Shown here: positions 16,202 to 22,931 of the stretch, piece by piece
Numbering within the stretch: position 1 is the stretch's first letter
Layout: every line of letters starts with the position of its first letter
Source of the DNA: a virus
Lineage: Duplodnaviria; Caudoviricetes
Strand: one strand, 5' to 3'
Length of the DNA: 43,752 nucleotides
Virus record (IMG/VR): IMGVR_UViG_3300036975_000054
Coordinates: 1-43,752 of that record
Made by a program: the position numbers and the translations under genes
The notes under the pieces: model-generated
Seen by the model: the letters and a program-made list of their open reading frames with translations, nothing else
Told to the model about the DNA's origin: nothing
Database searches by the model: none

Positions 16202-18811
16202 ATGGATCCACGCCGATTAGGTTGCCTCTGTGATACCTGCCCTCTCAAAAACTCCATCCCAGTATTTCCGCAGGCGCCATTCCGCTGCAAGCTAGCAATC
16301 GTTGGGGAAGCACCCGGGCCAGATGAGGAAGTCTTCGGGGACTACTTCGTAGGTCCATCCGGGGATTTCCTCGATGACATGCTTAGGTATCTTGGGATGG
16401 ACAGAAATCGGCACCACATCACCAATGCCTGCATGTGTCGGCCACGATTCAAGATGAGTCCGGAGCAATGGCGCAAGGCAATCGCGTGCTGCGAGCCACG
16501 GCTGAAAGTCGAGCTGGCGGCAACGGGTTCAAAAACGGTGTTGGCATTCGGTGGCAGGGCCCTGTATGCGCTCACCGGCCCGGTAATGAGCGACAACACC
16601 AAAGCAGCACACAAGAAGTTGCCCTCCATATTCGCCTGGGCGGGAGCACCACTTCCCGGTTGGAGGGGACATTACGATGGCTTGACGGTGCTCGCCACTC
16701 TCCACCCAGCGTTCTGTCTGCGGGAGAAGGGATGGGCATACAAGCCGTCGACATACATTCACACCCAACGCGCTTGGGCACTCGCGCGCAAGCTGCTCCC
16801 AGATTGGGAATGGCCACCAACTCATACGGAGGTCAACAATGCTACGCTTCGGGCACTGCGTTCCATACGCAAATGCGGTGGACTCGTCGGATCTGATGTG
16901 GAGACGCGGGGGACAAACCCTCTGCGAGATTTGTGCATGTGTATCGGCCTTGCAAATGCCGAGGTTGCGGTATGTGTACCCTGGGAATCCTATACTGCAG
17001 GAAGACATGGAAGAGTCGAAGCTATTCACACAACTCCTTTGGGCCGCCATATCCAGGAAGAGGTGGTCAGAATATTGGAAAGCCGCGCCATACCGCTCGC
17101 TTTCCAGAATGGGCCCCACGACCTCCTTACCTTCCAGCGTTTGGGCATCAAGGCGCGCGGCTACACGTGGGACACCCTCCCGGCACACACGATCGTAGCC
17201 TCGGGGCGCAGGCATGATCTGGGCTGGATCATGTGTGAGGAGAGTCATGCACCCCGCTGGAAGGAGGAGAAGCATACTGCATCCAACGAGAAAGGAGCCA
17301 AAAAGTTCAGCAAGAGGAACCCGCACCAGCTACGGGAATACTGCGCCAAAGACAGCTATGCTCCTGTATGGCTACGAGAGCCACTGGGGCAAAGACTGGA
17401 CGAGGAACACAACGGTTGGCAGCTCTACGATAGCTATTTGACGAACATGCAAGTGGCCATGAAAATGCAGACATTCGGCTTCCCAGCCAACCGGAAGCGG
17501 ATGATGGAACATCGCCGCTTACTTGGGAAGCGGAAGAGTCGTGCAAAGCAGGAGCTGCGCCTGGTGGCCAGGAAGTATTGGCCAGTGTGGGGCCGCACGT
17601 TCAATCCAGCATCCCAAGCACATCTGCGCAAGCTAGTATTCGACAAGTTGCGCGTGCGCCCGACCAAGTGGAGTCAGCTCACCGAGGAGCCTTCCCTGGA
17701 CAAGAGTGTGCTAGCTGAACTCAAGACCCATGACAACCCCCTGGTCGTCGTCATGGCGCGTGGGCTCGATAGGTACCGCCAGTATGCTAAATTACGTGAT
17801 ACCTACTGCGATCCAATAAAACTCATAGATTCAAGAACAGGTTGTGTCCATGTCACGTGGCGTGTCACCGGAGCACGCACATTCCGCTGGAGTGCCTCCC
17901 CGAACTTGATGAACATACCTTTGCCAGTCATCGACCGTAGACTGAATAGGAGGACTGGAGAAGTTGTTGAAGTGATCAGGGTGGCCGGCCTTCGAGATAT
18001 GTATATCCCCCCTAGTAGGAAGGGCTGGATTGTCAGAGGGGACTACGACCAACTCGAGATCAAGATCATTGCGCTCCTATCTGGCTGCCAGCTTCTGTTG
18101 GAATGGTTCGAGCAGAAGAAAGATGTGCACAGGATGGTCGCCATGATCATCTTTCCCTACCGAAAAGACCCTGGAGAAGTCACCGGAGGTGAGCGCAATG
18201 TCACCAAGCCAGTGGAATACGGCTGGTGCTATGGAGCTGATCCCAGAACTATGCAACAAACACTGGTCAACGACGGCTTTGCCGAAACCACGCTTGCCCA
18301 GTGCATCCGTTTCGATGAAGCACTCACGGAAGCCCTACACGAGATCCCTACTTGGCACGATGGACTAATCAGAACGGCCTACCGCGAGCGATATATTGAA
18401 GCTCCTATCAGTGGTCATCGATTGCCGATTTACCAGCGTGTGAAGCCAACCGAGTGCTACAACCTCCCAGTGCAGCACTCTGCGGCAGACCTCATCAATC
18501 CAGTGGTGAAACCCATCTCGGATGTCTTGAATTGGGAGACCGAGGGCATACTGGCGCAAGTACACGATGAGCTAGTGCTCGGAGGGGAAGATCCAGTAAA
18601 GCTGGCTGGGTTGCTGGTGAAGCACATGGAGAAGGATGTCACGCTTGGAGGGAACACAGCGAAGTTCACCATTGGGTTGAAGATCGGAAAGAATTGGGCT
18701 GATTGTGTGAGTGTAGATAGAAGCTTGCCACTAGAGAAGGGAGTGGCGAAGGCGATGAGGGAAGTGAGAAAGAAGGAAAGGAAAAAGAAATGCCAGGCAA
18801 CCAAGAAATGA
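16202..18811 (+). CDS. Family A DNA polymerase with N-terminal family-4 uracil-DNA-glycosylase domain and 3'-5' exonuclease
   Basis: UDG: CDTCPL, VGEAPG, FVGPSG, TNACMCRP, TLHPA. Exo: DVET, NGPHD, YCAKD. Pol: DYDQLE, RNVTKPVEYGWCYG, QVHDEL. Confidence 0.93.
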   Translation: MDPRRLGCLCDTCPLKNSIPVFPQAPFRCKLAIVGEAPGPDEEVFGDYFVGPSGDFLDDMLRYLGMDRNRHHITNACMCRPRFKMSPEQWRKAIACCEPRLKVELAATGSKTVLAFGGRALYALTGPVMSDNTKAAHKKLPSIFAWAGAPLPGWRGHYDGLTVLATLHPAFCLREKGWAYKPSTYIHTQRAWALARKLLPDWEWPPTHTEVNNATLRALRSIRKCGGLVGSDVETRGTNPLRDLCMCIGLANAEVAVCVPWESYTAGRHGRVEAIHTTPLGRHIQEEVVRILESRAIPLAFQNGPHDLLTFQRLGIKARGYTWDTLPAHTIVASGRRHDLGWIMCEESHAPRWKEEKHTASNEKGAKKFSKRNPHQLREYCAKDSYAPVWLREPLGQRLDEEHNGWQLYDSYLTNMQVAMKMQTFGFPANRKRMMEHRRLLGKRKSRAKQELRLVARKYWPVWGRTFNPASQAHLRKLVFDKLRVRPTKWSQLTEEPSLDKSVLAELKTHDNPLVVVMARGLDRYRQYAKLRDTYCDPIKLIDSRTGCVHVTWRVTGARTFRWSASPNLMNIPLPVIDRRLNRRTGEVVEVIRVAGLRDMYIPPSRKGWIVRGDYDQLEIKIIALLSGCQLLLEWFEQKKDVHRMVAMIIFPYRKDPGEVTGGERNVTKPVEYGWCYGADPRTMQQTLVNDGFAETTLAQCIRFDEALTEALHEIPTWHDGLIRTAYRERYIEAPISGHRLPIYQRVKPTECYNLPVQHSAADLINPVVKPISDVLNWETEGILAQVHDELVLGGEDPVKLAGLLVKHMEKDVTLGGNTAKFTIGLKIGKNWADCVSVDRSLPLEKGVAKAMREVRKKERKKKCQATKK

Positions 18812-19284
18812 GAACGCCACCGTGGCTGTTCGAGATGTTGAATTACAGGTACGGCCCGTTCCAGTTAGACGCGGCGGCTGACAAGAAAAATGCCTTGTGC
18901 AAGCATTTTTGGACCGAGAAGGAAGATGGTCTGGAGCAGCCATGGATGGATGGTGCATTCTGCAATCCTCCGTTTGCCCAGATGGGCAAGTGGATGCACA
19001 AGGGTTATCTGGAATGGGCTGATCACAAAAGGAGATCTTGCATCGTTGGATTAGCTGGGTGCTCCCAAGAGTGGTTCCACAAATATGCAATCCACGGCAT
19101 GATACTCGTGCCCAACAGTCGAATCAACTTCCTGATGCCGGATGGCACCCCGACTAACAGAGTCATGTGGAGCACGATGATCTACTTATTTGGGTACGGG
19201 AAGGCTGCATGGGGGAGATTCTTCGTGTGGCCTTTAGATGTAAGGGATGAGATCAAGAAGTTCAATGAGTCGCAACGGCGATAG
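18790..19284 (+). CDS. Phage DNA N6-adenine methyltransferase (Dam-type)
   Basis: RTPPWLF, LDAAA, DGL..W, FCNPPF, RINF. Confidence 0.88.
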   Translation: MPGNQEMRTPPWLFEMLNYRYGPFQLDAAADKKNALCKHFWTEKEDGLEQPWMDGAFCNPPFAQMGKWMHKGYLEWADHKRRSCIVGLAGCSQEWFHKYAIHGMILVPNSRINFLMPDGTPTNRVMWSTMIYLFGYGKAAWGRFFVWPLDVRDEIKKFNESQRR

Positions 19285-19744
19285 CATACCCGAGCACGAT
19301 CCCACCGACGGCAGCGCCAGCCAATCCCAGTGACAGAATCACGTGATCCCAGAACGGATCGGGCTCCTCGACGTCGCTCACGCAGCTGCTTTCTAAATCA
19401 TCAATGGCAGCATGGCAGAACGCGAGGGAATCCTCTAGTTGGCTGCCCAGAGCATTCATCTTCCGTTGGCAGCGGCCTGGATAGGATTCCCAATGCTGTA
19501 GATGGTACTCCAGGACGAAGTCGGTCGGGTATGGATAGCAGGTGGCTGGGAGGTTTCCCTCCAGGGTATCTCCAGGCTGCATGGTGAATGGATCAGGGAG
19601 GTCAGGTGGCCACGCAGGCACATTTGGGGCTTTGTCAGGCCGCTCCAGAATCTCCAGGCTCTTGTCCATCTCCAGAAGTAGCTCGTCGGCCTCCAGCATT
19701 CCAGCGGCTAACAACAGAACCAGGGGGGTTACTACGGACATCAT
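19262..19744 (-). CDS. Membrane protein, spanin-like position
   Basis: Hydrophobic N-terminus and Gly-rich C-terminal TM; last gene of the lysis cassette; overlaps the upstream ORF. Confidence 0.55.
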   Translation of the reverse strand: MMSVVTPLVLLLAAGMLEADELLLEMDKSLEILERPDKAPNVPAWPPDLPDPFTMQPGDTLEGNLPATCYPYPTDFVLEYHLQHWESYPGRCQRKMNALGSQLEDSLAFCHAAIDDLESSCVSDVEEPDPFWDHVILSLGLAGAAVGGIVLGYAIAVATH

Positions 19745-19973
19745 TCCGGATCTCCTCGTTTTCTCGCAACGCTGCTATCTGGGCCTCGGCGGCTTGGCGC
19801 TCTGAGTCCTTACGGATTGCCTCGAGTCGTGCATTCAGGTGGGCCTTCTTGGCCTCGAAAGCATCCCGCTCGGCGCGCTGTCTGTCGCTCTGTACTTTCT
19901 TCGTATGCAGAATAGCTCCGACCCCGAACAACACGCCCAGAATGCCAGCGATCCAACCAACTACTTCACTCAC
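19635..19973 (-). CDS. Putative i-spanin (Rz-like)
   Basis: GTG start after GGAGG; N-terminal TM followed by a coiled coil. Confidence 0.55.
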   Translation of the reverse strand: MSEVVGWIAGILGVLFGVGAILHTKKVQSDRQRAERDAFEAKKAHLNARLEAIRKDSERQAAEAQIAALRENEEIRNDVRSNPPGSVVSRWNAGGRRATSGDGQEPGDSGAA

Positions 19974-20208
19974 GCTTGGCCTCCGCGATCTTGTCCACTC
20001 CCAGAGCTCCAAATAGGGGTACGAGTACCCCGGGTACGGTGAACTTCATCAGTCCAGCCCACTGGTCGAAGGTGGCGATTGGCGTGCTTGCCTCGCCAGG
20101 AGCTTCCAGTAACATGCAGGCAAACCCACCAACAGCCATCACTGCGAACACGGTAATCCCGATGATGACCTTGCGGCTTTTCCATCCATCACTCGGTAGC
20201 GGATTCAT
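19966..20208 (-). CDS. Putative holin
   Basis: 80 aa; WKSRK then two hydrophobic segments; adjacent to the endolysin. Confidence 0.65.
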   Translation of the reverse strand: MNPLPSDGWKSRKVIIGITVFAVMAVGGFACMLLEAPGEASTPIATFDQWAGLMKFTVPGVLVPLFGALGVDKIAEAKRE

Positions 20209-20771
20209 ATCGTGACTCCAATCTGCAAAAGGTTTCTGGCTCCATGCTCATATTGTAGCCGGCGAACACGCTCCCGGAAACCCCTGATGTTGAACATTGG
20301 ACCGGGACACTGCTTGCCGGGTGTGGAAGTTGCGCCAGGACCGAGCTCATCATGAGCCACGATCTTGAGGTGAGGCCATACGATGAGTAGGGCAGCTGCC
20401 AAGTCCTCAGCGGCCCACAGTTGGCGATCGGGGGGCACTCGCGTCCGGAAGTCCCCCAGGAGCGCAACACCGATCCCAGACACGTTGAAGCGCTTCGCAT
20501 GTGGAGAGACGTGGGTCACTGGCCATCCCTGTTGCACCTCACCATTGGACGTGACGACGAAGGTGTACGGTAGAGATAGCCCAATCTCACTTCGGTAGAA
20601 GTTCCTCACCCCGACGATGTTGTCTGGGTATCCACGCCTTAACCACTGATCGCGCCCGTTCCAGCCCATCCGGTGCAGCACGATGTATTCGAGATCACTC
20701 AGGTCTCGGCTCTTCTCTTTCGCCCCGCCCGGGGTGGGGACTTCGATCAAATTTTCTACGTGCAGGGACAT
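20205..20771 (-). CDS. Endolysin, N-acetylmuramoyl-L-alanine amidase (Amidase_2/T7 lysozyme-like)
   Basis: YIVLH, LPY, HAKRFN..GIGV, AHDEL...KQCPG; GGAGG RBS before ATG 20771. Confidence 0.88.
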   Translation of the reverse strand: MSLHVENLIEVPTPGGAKEKSRDLSDLEYIVLHRMGWNGRDQWLRRGYPDNIVGVRNFYRSEIGLSLPYTFVVTSNGEVQQGWPVTHVSPHAKRFNVSGIGVALLGDFRTRVPPDRQLWAAEDLAAALLIVWPHLKIVAHDELGPGATSTPGKQCPGPMFNIRGFRERVRRLQYEHGARNLLQIGVTI

Positions 20772-20985
20772 AATGAATACCTCCATCTTTCAGCAATGCA
20801 TCGAGCTTGCCATTGATCTCGATCACCATTTCGCGCAGCTCTGTCACTTCGCTCTTGGCTGCAGCCTTCCAGGGAAGCACCCAGCCGAGCATACCAAACA
20901 GAGTGATGACCGCAATGATGGCCCCAATGGAGCCTGCAGTGACTACGTACCAAGGCTTTTTCGATTTGGCAGTCATGGACTGCAC
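20695..20985 (-). CDS. Single-TM coiled-coil protein of the lysis region
   Basis: TM GSIGAIIAVITLFGMLGWVL followed by a heptad pattern. Confidence 0.55.
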   Translation of the reverse strand: MQSMTAKSKKPWYVVTAGSIGAIIAVITLFGMLGWVLPWKAAAKSEVTELREMVIEINGKLDALLKDGGIHYVPARRKFDRSPHPGRGEREEPRPE

Positions 20986-21009
20986 TGCCTTTCCTCCCCC
21001 CAGGGCAGT

Positions 21010-21321
21010 TTAGGGAACGGTTACTTCAAACTGTCCAGGCGGATCATAGGTCACGGTGAAGACAGTCTTGCCGGTATCTGTGTTGCATGTCGCGCTGACC
21101 ACGGTCCTGTCGATGCAGGGATCCATCATAGTCGCGCAGGTTCCTGGTGTCTTTCCATATTCAGTGTCGAAGTCGCTGCAGGTCACGTTCTCGACCTTGG
21201 ACCAGAAGTCGATGACTTGCTGATTGCTGTTGTTCACGGTCTTGGTAAACGTCTTCGGGACACTGGCTGCGATACTGCCGAGCAATAGACCAGAAATCAA
21301 TGCGATGATTTTACTCGTCAT
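21010..21321 (-). CDS. Small secreted-type protein
   Basis: Signal-peptide-like MTSKIIALISGLLLGSIAA; 4 Cys; AGGAGG RBS. Confidence 0.7.
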   Translation of the reverse strand: MTSKIIALISGLLLGSIAASVPKTFTKTVNNSNQQVIDFWSKVENVTCSDFDTEYGKTPGTCATMMDPCIDRTVVSATCNTDTGKTVFTVTYDPPGQFEVTVP

Positions 21322-21334
21322 GTCAAACCCTCCT

Positions 21335-22438
21335 TTATGGTGTCCAGTAACAGATAGCTACGGTTGCTGCTCCAGCTGACACGGATGTGAAATCGGCATT
21401 ACTCGTGATCGTCACCGTGACACTTTTGGCATCGTCGTGCCAGGCTGTACCTGATGGTTCTCTGAGCTCGCACCCGCTCGGATTAGTGGTGAAGACACTA
21501 GGTGTTCCCGTACTGTATCGATCTACATCCGTGCCATCTCCTATCTGTACAAATGCAGACACATCACCGGTGAACCCAGTCAAGCTGTGCAGGATCGCGC
21601 GCTGCACAACCGCACCGTCAGGAATGCCTTCATCTAGCACGAGCGTTCCGGATGCACCACCGCCGTCCACGAAATCCGCGTAGGATATGGTTTGGTTGAT
21701 ACAGCCGTAGCCGCCTCCGTCGCCGCCGAGGGCGAGGCGGTTCCATGTCAATATTGCTCTTTGTCCTTCATCGGAGGAATCGTTTTGAACAACTACAGTA
21801 GGAGATGATTGTTGCGACATTGTCCAAGCGTAATATATATCCGTTGATTTTACTATATAGAGTATGTTTGATTCCGGAGGTAATGCTATAATAGATGCCT
21901 CGGCTGATGGGAATGTTACATAAGGGTACAATCCAGGATATCCACCATGAGATAGATTTATGAATCCTTTATTATCCTGTATAGCGGTTTCTACCAACAA
22001 AACTCTACTATCGAAACGGGCCTCCCCATCAACCTCAAACTTGTCGCCAGTAAAATGCGAGTCATTTGCACCTAAAGAGTAACTAGATGCTACCGGCGGC
22101 CCAAACGTCATCTTAGCGTCTGGGTTAGTCACTGACGATGCCCTCATCGCAATCACATTGGCCCCAGCGTCCTTGTAAAATTCTAGCGGATCGCATGGTG
22201 ATCCATCGCAGTCTTTTTGAGTGATCCTACCTCCATCCGGTGATCCATCCGTGTCCCATTCTATGCATAGATCGTCGTCGTCGCCCCAGCACACTGGGGC
22301 ATCATCGGCGTGATTGGCCTGCCCAACAACGCTTTTGTCAGGGAAGCGCTCTGGATAGCGGGCTTGGGTAGTGCTGATGATGGTTGCCAGTATGCAGAAA
22401 CACACCAGGAACAGAGCCAGGCTTTTCCAAAAAGACAT
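21335..22438 (-). CDS. Signal-peptide protein with beta-rich virion-decoration/fibre-like domains
   Basis: MSFWKSLALFLVCFCILATIISTTQA; C-terminal IPDGAVV...QIGDGTDVDRY jelly-roll-like segment; low-GC middle. Confidence 0.7.
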   Translation of the reverse strand: MSFWKSLALFLVCFCILATIISTTQARYPERFPDKSVVGQANHADDAPVCWGDDDDLCIEWDTDGSPDGGRITQKDCDGSPCDPLEFYKDAGANVIAMRASSVTNPDAKMTFGPPVASSYSLGANDSHFTGDKFEVDGEARFDSRVLLVETAIQDNKGFINLSHGGYPGLYPYVTFPSAEASIIALPPESNILYIVKSTDIYYAWTMSQQSSPTVVVQNDSSDEGQRAILTWNRLALGGDGGGYGCINQTISYADFVDGGGASGTLVLDEGIPDGAVVQRAILHSLTGFTGDVSAFVQIGDGTDVDRYSTGTPSVFTTNPSGCELREPSGTAWHDDAKSVTVTITSNADFTSVSAGAATVAICYWTP

Positions 22439-22439
22439 C

Positions 22440-22931
22440 TCAGTCCTCCGCCAGTATGTATTTCACGGTGAGCTTGTCAGTCGCCCCGGGACTTCCTCCA
22501 TGAGAGCCAATGCAGGACAGCGACTTCGCGCCTTTGATCTCCATACGCGCGTCCCATTTCGTATCAGCGCTCAGCGAGCCTTCAGAACGGAAGATGCCGG
22601 ATGATTTAGCGGCGCATTCTCCCTCGATAGATGTCGAGTCACAGACGGTGAGAGTGTAATCGTTGTCATCGTCGTCCGGTCCCCCGGTACATATCAGCGA
22701 GATAACACCGGCGTTCGCCGTGTAGTCAAACGAGATCCAGAATGTCACAGCTCCGTAGATATAGCGCCGCGTGTCGACCTCGAACGTGCGCGTGGCAGCG
22801 GCACCGTTGAGTGCCACAGCATCCAACCCCACGCCCTCATGGTAGCCAAGGGACTCATTCGGTCCTGCAGAAGCGTTGTAGACAACGGCGCAGAGCGCCA
22901 GGAGGATCATACCGAACAGAAAGTTCTTCAT
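22440..22931 (-). CDS. Signal-peptide beta-rich protein
   Basis: MKNFLFGMILLALCAVVYNASA (A-x-A site); 4 Cys in the mature part. Confidence 0.7.
   Translation of the reverse strand: MKNFLFGMILLALCAVVYNASAGPNESLGYHEGVGLDAVALNGAAATRTFEVDTRRYIYGAVTFWISFDYTANAGVISLICTGGPDDDDNDYTLTVCDSTSIEGECAAKSSGIFRSEGSLSADTKWDARMEIKGAKSLSCIGSHGGSPGATDKLTVKYILAED

Noticed and set aside
16529-17326. 265-aa minus-strand ORF inside the polymerase
   Set aside because: Antisense shadow of a well-supported gene.
16202-19284. Hypermodified-base (Z, hmU, 7-deazaG) genome system
   Set aside because: No PurZ, hydroxymethylase, Que/Dpd or glycosyltransferase motifs recognised; only a Dam-type methylase is supported.
22374-22380. 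Another CTGATGA as a second hammerhead core
   Set aside because: Inside a coding region, with no flanking stems or correctly placed GAAA/UH.
21335-22438. Diversity-generating retroelement target
   Set aside because: No reverse transcriptase and no template/variable repeat pair seen.
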